NCBI GenBank assembly: GCA_013239625.1
Contig: MU056303.1
Span: 9,108,049 to 9,172,048 of the forward strand
Origin: Lama guanicoe
Taxonomy: Eukaryota
Direction: 5' to 3'
Length of the DNA stretch: 64,000 nucleotides
The notes below the pieces were generated by a model that was not told where the DNA came from, ran no database searches, and saw only the letters and a program-made list of their open reading frames with translations. The position numbers were made by a program, and so were the translations under genes. Below are positions 45,099-58,129 of this stretch, in pieces. Every line of letters begins with the position of its first letter. The first letter of the stretch is position 1.

Positions 45099-46544
45099 GA
45101 GCAAGAAAGAAGGGGGAGGAGGACTGGAAAGGGAGGAGGGGAGAGAAAAGGGGGAGGGAGGAGACATGGGGCAGGGTCCGCTGTCTACAGACGCAGCTCC
45201 TTGCAGAGTTGCTTCAGTTGACTCTAAGGAATCCCTCCAGTGCCATCTTGTGCCTCCTGGGGTATCTCGTTCTGACAGTTGGATTGATTCTATATTTTGA
45301 GGAGCAGCCAAATACCGCCCCCATCCCCTTAGCAGGCAGGATCTAGGACAGATCTTGCAGCAGGAGAGGCACTCCAGAGTCATCTTCACTTGTAATTATC
45401 CAATTAAATCCAGGCACTCAGCCATCCGTCTAAGTGGGGGCTGTAATCCACCATGAATTTTGTGAGCTTGCAGCAGCTCAGACCGGCAGCTGTACTGTGT
45501 TTAGTTTAGTTTTTTCCCTTTTTGGGGGGAGAGGGGGGAGAGGAGAAGCATGCTTTTTTTTTTTTTTTTGGTTTTGTTTTGTTTTGTTTATAAAGAAGAG
45601 ACAGAAGAAGGGGAAACTGGGTAGATGCTGGTGATCAGAGTGTCCCTGAGGATAGTGAGCATCAGGGGGAAATTACCTTCCTGATGACTCAGAAGCAGGA
45701 AGTGGTGACCGGAGGGAGGCACCACACGAAGCAGAGGCGTGCACATGTGTGATGACATCGCCTCCTGTTTTGGTGAGTGTGGGGGTTCGGGAGTGGAGAA
45801 GGGAGTGAGGGGGAACACAGTTAAAGGGATAGGACAGTGAGTCTCTTGCATGTCTTTGCTCGCATCCTCACATGCCCAGCGCCAGCTTCCTCTCTATCAC
45901 CCTCCGGCTTTGGCTGAGAAAAGAGAAGCTAACACAGCCTATGTTGATCCCTTCTGACCAAGGACGGAGCTAGATGGGCAGTAGGTACCCTCAGTCCTGC
46001 AGAAACCACCGTGCTGGCGGTGGGAATTCTTTTCATAGTCAGCGGAAGGAACCATGATCTGAACCTCCCGACCCCTCCCCAGTCCCCATGCCCCCACTGC
46101 ATCCCTGGGAGGGGTGGGAGCGCTACATGGAGATGCCAGCAGCCTGGTGCAGAGTAAAGATGAGGACACCCAATGATGTGCAGCGGAATATCCAAAACTT
46201 CACCAGAATACCCAGAACACCTGGCAGGTTTGTGGGGAGAGGGCCATGCTTTGGAGCTAAGTCTGTTGCAACTACAGGACTAGGGAAAAACTGAGGATCA
46301 AAAGGCCTTCTCGGTCCCCCCTCCTTGCCCTAAGTGGAAAACAAAAATCAGAATTCTGGTCATGAGTGCCAGCTCTGCCCCTAGGGACCAAGCACAGCCC
46401 CACCTTTCAGCCTTTGCCAGGGTCCCTCAATCTTGCCTCTGCCCCACCGTGAGCCACTCTGTCCCAAGAGTGCCCTGACTCTGCTGAGCTGCTCTGTTTG
46501 TGTAGTGTTATCCCCCATCCCCCAGGACCCTCCGGTGGGGATGC

Positions 46545-46557
46545 CCAGCAGAGGGCG
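46545..46557 (+). promoter_or_regulatory. CTCF-like site
   Basis: CCAGCAGAGGGCG matches the core CCASYAGRKGGCR. Confidence 0.55.
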
Positions 46558-47209
46558 TGTGCACAACCTGGCTGGAAGGGCGTCAGTGGAATGGAATGGA
46601 CGTGGATACGGGGCAGCCTGCTCCCTGCCTGCTCTCTCCACAGGAGTTCGGGATGAACCATGGGGCCCCAGCTGCAAATCTGGTGAAAGTTGATCGACCA
46701 AGAGAACAGAGTATATCAAGTCCACAGCCATATTCAGGGGAACCTAGCCCTGTGTTTGCCTACATTGTGTTTCTTTTCTGCCTCTTCTAGGGGAACCAAC
46801 CCACCACAAAGCCAGCCTTTCGAGTGAGCAAATCTATGTCAGCCAATCTGCACAAAAGGCGAGCAATCTGCAGCACATGACTGCCTAGACATGTGTGCCT
46901 TGAAAGTCACTGAAGAGAGAACCAGAAGAGGAAAAGCCATAGTCCAAAGTTTCATCTTAAAAAGGGGCTGATGGAAGTCTAACCAGTGAGTCTTTTGTCC
47001 GGGAATGCCTGGTCCTGGGGTATCACAATGCCACCCCGGGACTGTGACACTGTCCCCAGTTCTCCAGGCACCCACTGCCCACAGTGCCTTGGTCCAACCA
47101 GTCCTCGTTCAAGCAGCCCAGCCCACCTGGAGCAGAGTCGAGGCGGAAGCTGGGGTGGAGGAGGAGCCTAGAGGAGAGTGAAAGGGGCTTGACCGGTCAA
47201 GCACTAGGA

Positions 47210-47420
47210 GAAGGGAAATAACATTGCAGGCATGATGGGAAGTGTCCCCTGTGTGGCGTCTCATCTAGTCCCCACACTAACCCCATGAAGTTTTATCACT
47301 GAGGAAGCTGAAGCCCAGAGAAGGCGGGTAACTAGCACTAGACCTCAGAACCAGTAACCAGCAGAGGCGAGCTTTGACTTAAGTTCCCATCACGCCCTGT
47401 CTCCAGGATGCTTTCATCTC
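47210..47420 (-). mobile_element. MIR fragment
   Basis: tctcatctagtccccacactaaccccatgaag...tgaggaagctgaagcccagagaagg. Confidence 0.7.
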
Positions 47421-47603
47421 TGAGGACAAAGTAACAGAGCTGCAGATATGGGGTGATGTATAAAGTGCCATGGAAATCTTCCTCGACCGAAGTCTCTCTC
47501 TGCTCCTGTCACTGAACCTGAAACTGGACCTCTGCAGTCATTCCTGGGGGTCTGAAAAGGGCTTTAGAGGTTGCACTCAATGAGTTAACACTGTGATTGG
47601 ACC

Positions 47604-47829
47604 AAAAATTAATGAGCAGTTGCCTGTGGCTAGGAGTTGGGTGGAATGGAGAATGACCACTAATGGATGTGAGGTTTCTTTCTGGAGTGATGAAAGTATC
47701 CTAAACTCAGATTGTGGTGAGAGTTGCACAACTCTGCAAAAATCCTAAAACCTACTGAATTGTATGCTTTCAATGAGTGAATTTGTTGGTGTGTGAATTA
47801 TATCTCAATAAAGATGTTTAAAAAAAAAA
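47604..47829 (+). mobile_element. L1MB-type 3' end
   Basis: gaggtttctttctggagtgatgaaa...attgtggtgagagttgcacaactctg...gtgaattatatctcaataaag plus poly-A. Confidence 0.9.
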
Positions 47830-48146
47830 TAGAACCTGACCTTGAATAATGTGATTTTAGTGAGAAAGACATGTACACAAAGACAGGACATGCCAACTAG
47901 CAGGAGGTACCAAAGGAGTTCAGAAAAAGGAGGGTCAATTCTAATTAGGGTGTCAGAGAAGGTGGAATCTGTGGTATCTTGACATATAAAAGGGAAAAAT
48001 CAATTTTTCCAAGTTGGACTTCCAGGTTGGAGGAACACGAGCATGAGGGTGTAATAAGGTATGAATGTGTGAACCATGCCTAGGAATGATTGAGCCAACT
48101 AATAAAACCCTGCTTGGCATATAGATACAAAGATGCCTTCCAATAC

Positions 48147-48665
48147 TGTATCAGCTATCTATTGCTGAGTAACAAATATCCCAGAATTTAGTGGCTTTGG
48201 ACAACAACCACCATTTAGTTGTTCACAGTTCTGTAATCTACGCTGGGCCCAGAAGCATGGCTTAGCTTCCCTCCATAATCAGCTCATGGTTCCACCAGGA
48301 CTGGAAAATTCAGGATGGCTGCAGGCATCTCTGGCATCTCTGCCAAGGGGACTGAAACTGGCTAGCAACTAGATGGCCCTCTTCCTCTCTGCATGGTCTT
48401 GCATACTCCAGGGCTTCTCTCTTGCCAGAAACTCATATCCTCAAGGAAGCTGGCCCAGGCTTTCTTGCATGGCATCCAAGACAGCAGATAAGCTAAAGCA
48501 AAAGCTGCAGGGCGTCTTATGGCCCAGGCCCAGGAACTGTACAACATGCCTTCCACCACGTTTTATTTGTTCAAGCGAGTCATGAGGTCAGTCCAGACTC
48601 GGTGTGGGAGGAGAATACACAGGGCTTGAATTCAGGGAAGCGTGATTCATCAGATACCTACCACA
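48147..48665 (-). mobile_element. MLT1H-like solo LTR inserted in an L2
   Basis: TG...CA termini (tgtatcagctatctattgctg...cctaccaca); 5-bp TSD aatac 48142-48146 / aacac 48666-48670; antisense L2 on both sides. Confidence 0.85.
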
Positions 48666-50719
48666 AACACCAGAGAGTAAATTACACACCTGCTTTGGGA
48701 GCGCTCACTGTCCGATGACCTGGCTGGCTGGAAAGGGGAGTATGTCTAGGAACGTGACTGGGAACAGAGCATAGAGGACACTGAATACAAAGCTAACAGG
48801 CTTGGATTTCATTCAAGAGTTCTTAATCAAAGCGCAAAAATCCCTAGGAGTGGTGATATTTTAAGCCTTTATCAGCCAACATCTTAGAAGAAGTTGACGG
48901 TGTGTGCAAGTAAGACAGATTAGAACCCTGGGTCTGTTTAAGAAGTCAGATAAGTTGCCAGAACTGTGTGTTCCCATCACCTGAGTCAGACCACGTCGCA
49001 GAGGAGTGTCGGGCAGGAGCTCAGCTTGCAAGCCTGCGTCCCGGGGTCAGGACACAGCCCGCAGATGGCAAGAGACTCTGCTCCCTGGTCAGTCTCCTTC
49101 CTCTCTTCAGTTTTCCTACCCTCCTTCCTCAACACACTGTTTGCGTGTCCAGATCAGTGGGCGATGAGATGCTGAAGCTGGAATCAAGCTAACAGAGTGA
49201 AACAAAGAAACACAAAGGCAGTTAGCAGAGAAGTCTTGCTTTAGATTGTGATACGGAAATGGACTGCAAAGAGAAAACTGAAAAATCCGGATTCAGCTGA
49301 ACTAGTTCCTGGGGTGACTGCTGTTCCTTTTCTGGCCTCCTCACTCCACACTTTATGCCTCTAAAACCCAGGGTGACAGGAAACCTGAGCCTGCTCTGAC
49401 CCCAAAGCTCTCCTGATGACCGACTTTGCCTGCAGATGACCTCCCGTGGCCCAAAACGATAAAGCAAAGCCATGAAATGCTGCCAATAGCACTTAACAAA
49501 AGGCACCAAGATCTGCAGCCGACCTGTTTTCACCACTGGGCAGCCAAACTGTTCTCCTCCAAAGACTCTGAATTCGCTCCATGGCGACTTCGTCAACATA
49601 AAGCAATTACTGAGAACAAACAGGATGCCTGTAAGCTGGGTAGAATACATACACGCAGACGTATCAGGAACCCTGGCAAAGTCTAGTGGGCACCTCCTCT
49701 GCTAAGAGATCGCTCCCAGAGCATTCCTGTTGGACCAAGAGTGCCCAATCCTACAGGAGGCCGGCAGTCCTCAGCATTTCCCGCCCCTGCCCACTTCCCA
49801 TCTCAGTCCTTCCTTCCACCCTGGGGTCTCCCCAGGTCTTCACCCACCTCTCATGATTCTTTGTAGACTTCCCCCATTTAAATCTTCTGCTTCTGCCTCA
49901 TAAAAAGTTCCCTGACATTTCTAAAGCATCCTTTCATCCCCATTGTTAAGATTCTGCTTCTCAGATCAGTGTGATCTCAGCTAGTCTGGATGCGGTTGGA
50001 TGTGTACTGGATAGGAAGCCTGCTGATGATCCCAAGAAATGGATGTGACCCAGTGGCATTTCAGGAAGGATGGAGGGCAGACCAGGGAGGCATCTGGAGG
50101 CTTGCGACTTATCAGGATCTCCAGATATTTTTCTGACCTAAAGAAAAGTTTAGCCAGGAAGAGAAAGAGATGAAGAAAGGGCATGGACTTGACCTAAACT
50201 CTGACATCTCCCTCCTCCCTCCCCAGTCCTACCCCTGTAAATGTCAACCACCTTCCGTGCACACAGAAGTACTGATGGCACAGTCATGCGACCAAGAACG
50301 AGAGCCACGTGCCACACACGTAAACAAATCATACATCACCGTCCTACCCTAAATCATTTTGAAATACCCAGAGGTGAGGATTATTTCCAGTGGAACTCAT
50401 CTCTGAGGTCACTCACCAGTGGGACAACAGTAACTTTCCACTAAGACGACGGACACCCACTTAGGCCTGGGGGCTACCGGGAGATGCCAGCAGCTTCAAA
50501 AGAAAGAAAAAATGGAAAAAAAGGAAAGAAAAAACATTCACACTTGACAAGTAGCACCATCTAGGGGACGTAGACGGTAAAACTATTCTTCTTGTAAATA
50601 CAGACCCAGGAGTGTTCTCTGCCTGGGGCACCGCTAGCAGGAGATTAGATGTAAATTATGTGTAAATCCCTGTGACCCGTGCTGAGCAGCTACACCTGAA
50701 GTCCTGTGCCCAGGTCGAG

Positions 50720-51030
50720 ACATCCATTTGACAAGCTGGAGCAACACCGGAGTCCAAGAAATTGCCCCTAAGACACAGCAGACAGCAGCACGAACCCTGC
50801 ATGAACCCCCTTAGATGAGGTCTGCGAGCATCAGAGAGCAGAAGGGTGGTCACCAGAGTCTGGGGGAGGGGGATCTGGGAGGTGCCACTCAATGGGTGTA
50901 CCATTTCAGTCATGCAGAGGTAAGTTCTAGGTGCCTGCCGTACAGCATCGTGCCTACAATCAACAAGACTGGATGGTACACTTTAAAGTTTAAGAGGGGA
51001 GATCTCGTGCTGTGTTCTTACCACAGTAAA
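50720..51030 (+). mobile_element. L1MA10/L1MB1-like 3' end
   Basis: taagttctag...gtacagcatcgtgcctac...taagaggggagatctcgtgctgtgttcttaccaca. Confidence 0.75.
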
Positions 51031-51581
51031 AGGCAAAGAAGGACACTACAGTGTCTCCGAAGGGACTCCTGCTTGGGGATGGGGGGGTGGGGAGAGGGAG
51101 AAATGGGCTAAGGACACAGCTGTGATTCTGGGAAAGCAAAAACTTGGAGATCCTTGTTCCCAAGTTTTAATACATGGAGATTTTAAATCTGAGTAATTAA
51201 CAGTTCCACATTCACACAGTTGAATCCAGTGTTTTCTTTTGAATTACGGCCTTTTTGTTTCAAGAGGACGTCAGCATTAGCTTTGTCTGACTTTTATTCA
51301 ACATTCCACACCCCGCCTTAAGTGGTGGCGTCCCTTCACTGGGATGGCTCGGAAGTATGCCCCCGGCAGCAAGCAGGAAGGTGGGCGGTGGCGTCAGTCC
51401 CCTGAGTGACCAGGGGAGGGGAGGGTCCCCAGAATCATGGATTCTGAGGGAGCTAGGGAGGAAGCCACAGACCCACTCCCTCCCAAGCTTGTCTGGATCA
51501 TTAAAAGGAGGCTCCCAAAAAGTCCATTTAATCTAATCTCTCATTTTCACGATAAGAAAAACTGAAGCTCAGACTTCCTCG

Positions 51582-52104
51582 TGCCTTTTAAGAAGTAGGT
51601 CTTCTAATCATTCAGGCGTGGTGAGGCCAACGGACCAGAAGGCCCGTGAAAATGATGAATGCCTCTTCATTCCCAAGAGGAGGGGCCGCGCCATGCCGTG
51701 GGGGGCCACATGGGAAGCACCAGGGTCGGGCGGACGGAGTAAGGGGAGCTGTGGGCAAGATCTTTTATTGTGGTTTCCCAGGAAATAGCAAGTGGGGCGG
51801 GGTAGGCAGGTGTAGGGTTGGCCAGTTGAATAATGTCAGCAGGCCGGGGGCATAGGGATGGTCTTAGTTGTCTGGTATCTGGCCCTGGGGTGATCAGGGC
51901 AAAGAGATGGTGGCCCGGATGCAAGAGCCTGATAAAGGAGGTGGTTGAAGGAACAGGCTCTGGATTGGCTGGTTTGCACATAAAAGACAGGCTCTCAGGT
52001 GGGTCCTTTACTATCCCTAGGAATTGACCAGCACTGGAAGGGCAGTCCCTCTAGGGTCAGCAAGGCTCCAAACATCAGAGCAGCAAAGACACATGGTTCA
52101 TACA
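51582..52104 (-). mobile_element. MER74-like ERVL solo LTR
   Basis: ggtgaggccaac...ccacatgggaagcaccagggtc...ttttattgtggtttcc...tagttgtctggtatctggccctggggtga...agggtcagcaaggc...catggttcataca. Confidence 0.75.
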
Positions 52105-52266
52105 CCCCGGACACACAATGGCTTTAATGGCAGACAGATACATGGGACCCAGGATGCTCCACACCATCTTCTTTTCACTAAGGGGAGCCAGGGCGCCCAC
52201 CCACCCCCAGCCCACCCCATGTCTAATCCGCCTCCCTCTCTATCTTTCAAGATCAAGCCATTCTTT

Positions 52267-52544
52267 TTTTAGAACTTTTATTGAAGTATAGTTGATTTAC
52301 AATGTTGTGTTAGTTCCTGGTGCGCAGTATAGCAATTCAGTCATATATATTTACATTTATATTCTTTTTCATATTCTTTTTAATTGTAGGTTAGTACGAG
52401 TTATTGAATCTAGCTTCCCGTGTTTTACAGCAGGACCTTGTTTATCTATTCTGTGTATAGTCGTCTGGATCTGCTAATCCCACACTCCCAGTTTATCCCT
52501 CCCCCTCCCCTCCCCCTTTGATAACCATATGTTTGTTTTCTATG
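52267..52544 (-). mobile_element. Young L1 3' UTR insertion
   Basis: ttgaagtatagttgatttacaatgttgtgttag...; TSD tcaag(c/a)cattcttt 52253-52266 / 52545-52558. Confidence 0.9.
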
Positions 52545-53317
52545 TCAAGACATTCTTTCTAAAGGAACTTAATTATTGGACTTTGAGAGTCTTCTCTCTC
52601 TAACTGATGGTTCCGTTTTCTCCTCCTGGAGCTCCTTCTTTGCTAACACCGGTGCAGTTGTGCACACATTACACACACAACCACATCGCACCTCGCACCA
52701 CAGGCTGCTGGGCTCTACCCAGACATTTTACAACTTGGCTAATCCGCACAGGATGAGGCAGACCATGTGACACCAGCCGGTCGGCTCCCAGCAGTCCCTC
52801 TGGGGCTGGACAGGATTGGAGGAGGCTGTTCTAGGTACCGGCCTGGGCTGTCCCTGGAAGTCAGACAGGCGTCTCCCACCAGAGTTCCAGCAAAAGGTAA
52901 CAAAATGTTCCTTCCCACCAGCCCCAGCCCCGGAGAGAACAGGACTCTGAGGTCCAGACATACCAGCACACGCCAGTGAGAAGTGCAGGGGTGAGTCACA
53001 GGACCCCGCCACCCAGACCTTGAGAAGGATGGACAGACACTGCCCGGCAGGCAGAGCAGAAGCCCGAGGGGCAGGGGCTCCTCCTGCTGGTACCAATCCC
53101 CACATCCAGCATGGTGTGGAGTGAAGAAAGGGACAAATGACAAAAATATACTGGGTGCAAGGCAAAGGGTCAGGCTCTGGAACTGGGAAAAGAGCCCTGT
53201 TACAAGGTCAAGTTCATATATCGTCTATCCCAGTGGAGAGGGAACTGTGGGAAGTAAGGCAGAGGTCTGTGGCTGCAGCAGCAAAAAGAGTAACTTGATA
53301 CCATGTCCCCACTATAG

Positions 53318-53349
53318 TGTCTGTGTGTCTGTGTGTGTGTGTGTGTGTC
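53318..53349. repeat. (TG)n microsatellite
   Basis: tgtctgtgtgtctgtgtgtgtgtgtgtgtg. Confidence 0.9.
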
Positions 53350-53440
53350 TGGCCCTGCTATAAAGCCGGTTTCGAGAGCTCCAATCCTAGGTTAACCTGG
53401 CAAGCTGACCCTGCAGGGGGACAGGAGGGACACAAAAGCA

Positions 53441-53476
53441 GGGGAGATGGGGAGATGGGGAGATGGGGAGATGGGG
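53441..53476 (+). repeat. (GGGGAGAT)4 tandem repeat
   Basis: Four 8-bp units plus a fifth G4 run. Confidence 0.9.
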
Positions 53477-53502
53477 AAAGGTTAGGATTGGATCTGGGTT
53501 GC

Positions 53503-53582
53503 AGGGAGGGTATAGCTCAGTGGTAGAGCGCATGCTTAGTGTGCATGAGGTTCTGGGTTCAATCCCCAGTACTTCCATTTAA

Positions 53583-53651
<69 letters not shown>

Positions 53652-53670
53652 CTTAATTACCTCCTCCCCC
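53503..53670 (+). mobile_element. tRNA-Ala-derived camelid SINE (Vic-1-like) with internal (AAT)n
   Basis: gggtatagctcagtggtagagcgcatgcttag...gggttcaatccccagtac (A and B boxes); (AAT)n ~53583-53650; tail aattacctcc. Confidence 0.9.
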
Positions 53671-53770
53671 AGTAGAGCACCTGCTTAGCATGCATAAGCT
53701 CCTGGGTTCAATTCCCAGTACCTCTGCTAAAAAATAAACCTAATTACCTCCCCCCAAAAGGAAAAAAATT
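53671..53770 (+). mobile_element. 5'-truncated Vic-1-like SINE
   Basis: gtagagcacctgcttagcatgca...ctgggttcaattcccagtacctc...aaacctaattacctccccc. Confidence 0.85.
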
Positions 53771-53789
53771 AAAGGTTAACATTTCTGGA

Positions 53790-54088
53790 GGAGGAGGGTA
53801 TACCTCAGTGGTAGAGCATGTGCTGCTTAGCATGCAAAAGGTCCTGGGTTCAATCCCCAGTACCTCCACCAACAAATAAAGAAAGAAATAAACCAAAAGA
53901 ATTTGACAATGAATATATGTATGTTCATGTATAACTGAAAAATTGTGCTCTAAACTGGAAACTGACACAACATTGTAAACTGACTACAACTCAATAAAAT
54001 AACGTTTTCTTAAAAAAAGAAATAAACCCAATTACCTCTCCCACCTCAAAAAAGCAAAAACAAAAAACAAAAACAAAAACAAAAAAAC
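53790..54088 (+). mobile_element. Vic-1-like SINE interrupted by a short L1 3' end (53895-54015)
   Basis: tRNA-Ala-like head; L1 tail flanked by TSD aaagaaataaacc 53882-53894 / 54016-54028; SINE tail caattacctc resumes after it. Confidence 0.9.
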
Positions 54089-54491
54089 AGGGGGCAATCC
54101 GGGTTGAGGTTGGCTGAGGGATGCTGGTTGGACAAGGAGATTATAAGCATCTTCAGGCCTAAGTGTCCTGGGGCACATTGAGCCTCTCAAGGCCACCTTC
54201 CTCCTGTCCTGTCCGTAGGCCTTGTAGCTATCAAGGCAACCCTCTCCCTTCCTTCCCAGTTCTCAAACCTATGCCACCATCCCCAGCAGGTAAGGAACAC
54301 TGGATTCTCAAGCCATCAGCATGTGTTTGGGTGCTCACAGCACCCTTGCTATTGAACATGTGCAACACTACTGAGTTCTGTGCCCTCTGAGGGACATGTC
54401 ACCTTCCCATAAACACACATCCACGCAGGCAGGCACACCTGCTGCACTGCTGCTCTAGGCCTGACATGCCCCTGTCCTAAAGCATTTAACG

Positions 54492-55008
54492 TGATTGCAT
54501 ACAGAAGCTGTGGTATATGTATACAATGGAATACTACTCAGCCATGAAAAAGAATGAAATGCCATCTGCAGCAACATGGATGGACCTGGAGATAATCAAA
54601 CTAAGTGAAGTAAGTCAGATTGAGAAAGGCAAATACCATATGAAATCACTTACATGTGGAATCTAAAAAAAATGACACAAATGAACTTATCTACAAACAG
54701 AAAGAGACTCACAGACATAGAAAACAAACTTTCAGTTACAGGGTAGAAAGAGGGGGAGATGAATAGAGAGTTTGGGATTAGCAGATACACACTACTATAT
54801 ACAAAATAGGTAAACAACAGGGTCCTACTGTATAGCACAGGGAACTGTATTCAATATCTTGTAATAACCTATTATAAAAAATAATCTGTATGTATAACTG
54901 AATCACTATGCTGCACACCAGAGATGAATGCAACATTGTACATTGACTATATTTCAATAAAAATTTAATTTAATTTAATTTAAATTTAAAAATAAAACAA
55001 AATTAAAA
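54492..55008 (+). mobile_element. Cetartiodactyl-type L1 3' end
   Basis: acaatggaatactactcagcca...cacttacatgtggaatctaaaa...tatagcacagggaact...gactatatttcaataaaa. Confidence 0.92.
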
Positions 55009-56276
55009 ACATAAGTGTATTAAAATATAAAAATGCTTTCTAAAAGAGATCACAGTAAGTCAGTATTTGCAATCAAGAGGTCATCTTATCCAAGGGCAGA
55101 TGTGAGGGATACCAGCCCTGCATCCCTGCCTCCCATCTCCCTGCCACACGTGTGAGGTTCGCTCTTCAAATGCCTTGGTTATTATTCTGCATTAAGCAAT
55201 CAGAATCCTGTCAGACCTATACTAGAAACAAAACTTCCTGCCCCTGACCTGGGAATTAAGTCTATCTCGAAAAGGGAAAAGAAGATGCGAGGGTGAAAAG
55301 GGAGAATTTTTTTTATAAGGGTCCTCTTCTCCCTCCAATGGTTCCCAGGGAACAGGACAGGCCCCCCAGAGCCCCAGAAAGCTGGCTTTGATTTTGGTGA
55401 GATCTACTTTGCAAGCCCCATCTTTTCTAGATCTTAATTCTCTGCTCAGTGCCTCTTGTTCTCCAGAGAGTAAAAGCCACTGTTTCTTTGCAGCCCTGGG
55501 TTATCCTAGCCATGAGGTAAGAGAGGTGAAGGCTGAGAAGAAAATTTCTTGAGGCTGGAGGTTCTGCCCTAAGATGACTGTTAAAGTGAAGGCGCAGAAT
55601 GGAAATTGCTTCATCAGCCAACTTCCTCACCAGGACCTTCTTTCTGTACAAACCCTGGAGGTTCTGGATGCTGTCTTATTAGAGGGGTGTTATTCCTCTG
55701 TGGTTGACTCGAAGCTCTGGTGCAGTAAGTCACAAACAGGGAAAGGGAGCAAGGATGGCTGTGAGTGGGGAGACCCGGTGAGCTGTGTCAGGAAGCCCAG
55801 GGTCCATGAAGGCACTGGGTCCCTGATGGAAGGATCTCTGAAAGGAAGGGGGGCTGGAGGCATCAGAAGACTCATTCCAGCATCTTCGACAATTTCTCAA
55901 CGGCCAGCCACAACTTGCCATATTTTGAGTTTCAGTCCAATAGTTCACTGGAAGTTAGTAACTGAAGTTAAAGATAACACGTGCAAATTACTTGGTAGGC
56001 TAACAAAATGAAGTCTGTTCTATAAAATCTGAGGGTATCCACTCTATCTCCACCCTCCCCTCTGGGCTATTCAGTCTGAACTAAGAAAATGTCTAGATTA
56101 TCATTCGGAGCCGGGATAGAACAAGAGCAAATCCCACCCCAGGCACAACTGGGAAACGGCTGAAGCAGCAGATGAAGAAACTCCAAGGTGCAAACCTCCA
56201 ATTGGTAAACTATCAGACTCCAAAAAGGCAAATGGAGCGGATTTTGAAATGCGGGGAAAGGATCTTTATGTTGGCC

Positions 56277-56610
56277 ATTGGTTCTCAAACTGTCAACATG
56301 AAAACCCCTGGGGATCTTTATGCCTCTTCCAGCACCTGCCAGCATCCCTCAGCTTGTGGCCACATCACTCCATCCTCTGCCTCCTCCTTCACAGCCCCTT
56401 GTCTGTTCTCCGTCCACCTCTCTCTAATAAGGGCACTCATGATGGTATGGAGGGTGCCCCTGGATAATACAGGATCACCAGCTCATCTCAAGATCCACAC
56501 TTGCGAAGATCCTTTCTCCAAATAAGGTAACATTCACAGGTTTCCAGGAATTAGGACGTTTTTCAGCCTCTGCCGTGGTTCTAGAGTGCAGCAGAGTTTA
56601 GAAACCACTG
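56277..56610. mobile_element. MER5-type MITE ends enclosing an antisense MLT1 LTR fragment (~56322-56575)
   Basis: cattggttctcaaact left TIR; gtggccacatcactcca...ccaaataaggtaacattcacagg MLT1; agtttagaaaccactg right TIR. Confidence 0.75.
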
Positions 56611-57031
56611 ATCTGGGTGGCTGTTCTCCATGGAGCCCCTGCCTGGCCCTGATACACCTGCTCTCAGCCCCCTCTTACCTCTTGCAATCCCAGGCACCCT
56701 CCCTGCTGAGTCCCCAGGCCCCCTCAACACCTTACAACCCCACTCTGGGTTCCCCTGAACACTATGTGTCCCGTGTCCAATGCCCTGCCCCTGCTGCTCT
56801 AACAGAATAAATCCCACCCGCCCACCTGTGTTTCCACAAGTGCCTAAAAATATCCAGTAATGATGAAGTCATGCCAAAAACAGATTTGGGCAAGTACTTG
56901 AAGACTTTTTCAGTTGCAAAATGAATTAATGCGACACGTTTATATAAGAGAATACGAAATAACTCCCCAAAAGAGGGCTTCTGAAAAATACGTGAGACTG
57001 TCGATTAGTGACGTTTCTCACCAGCTTAAGG

Positions 57032-57684
57032 TCAGATCCTCTTTCCATTTTTTAATCATATTGTTTTTGTTTGTTTGTTTGCTACTGAGTTGTACAAATT
57101 CTTCATATAGTTCAGCTATTAACCCTTGTCAAATATAGGATTTGCAAGGATGTTCTCCCGTTCAATAGGTCATCTTTCCATTTTGGTGAAGGTTCCCTTC
57201 GCTGTGCAGAAGCTTTTTAGTTTGACGTAGTCCCATTTGTTTCTTTCTGTTTTTGTTGCCTTTGCTTTTGGAGTCAGAGCCAAAAAAAAGTCATGGCCAA
57301 GACTGATATCAGGAGCGTACTGCCTATGTTTTCTTCTAGGAGTTTTTTGGTTTTAGGTCTTACATTCAAGTTTTTAAATCGTTTTGAGTCCATTTTTGTG
57401 TATGGTGTGAGATAGTGGTCCAGTTTCATTCACTCTTTTGCATCTGGCTGTCCATACCATTTATGGAAGAGACTGTCCCTTCCCCATTGTATATTCTTGG
57501 CTCCCTTGTTGCAAATTAATTGACCATAATAAATGTGGGTTTATTTCTGTTCTCTCTGTTTTGTTCCATTGACCTACATGTCTGTTTTCATGCCAGTACC
57601 ATGCCGTTTTGATGACAAAGGCCTTGTAATATTGTTTGAAATCAGGGAGCATGTTGCCTCCAGCTTTGTTTTTCTTTCTCAGGT
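57032..57684 (-). mobile_element. L1 ORF2 internal fragment
   Basis: [29 protein letters not shown] is L1 ORF2 post-RT sequence; frameshifted. Confidence 0.95.
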
Positions 57685-58129
57685 ATCTGAATGCTTTTGA
57701 GATTTTTACTGTTCATCAAGGATCTAAAGTCACTTTGTTAGTTTAGAAATACACAGTGCATCAAATAGTTTTCTTGTAAAATGCTCGTTTGTGGGGCATC
57801 TAATTTCTCAAGTGAAGATGCTGAGAAAACAGAAAGACTTCTTTAATATTTAGAAAAATAACTTTTAACTTCTAACATAGGAAAGTATTTTATTTTCTAA
57901 AGTTTTTAGAATCTTTATTTATAGACATTTTCCCCTAACTGAAAGGAGGTTGGTTTTGTTTTGTTTTGTTTTGTTTTCCAGAATTGAATGGGTATTTGGC
58001 AGAACTTCTCTGAAACGAATAAGGTCTATTTCTGACATTGCTGCCTTTGTTTATCAGGATTCCAAGTGCCGTTATATCTTCTAACCACCTACATTGCCAT
58101 ATTGCATTAGAAAAAGAAGAGTAAATATA

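Noticed and set aside
53505-53577. tRNA-Ala-like cloverleaf (also ~53795-53868 and ~60930-61000)
   Set aside because: Mutated stems or anticodon and followed by the SINE tail and A-rich end: these are SINE heads, not tRNA genes
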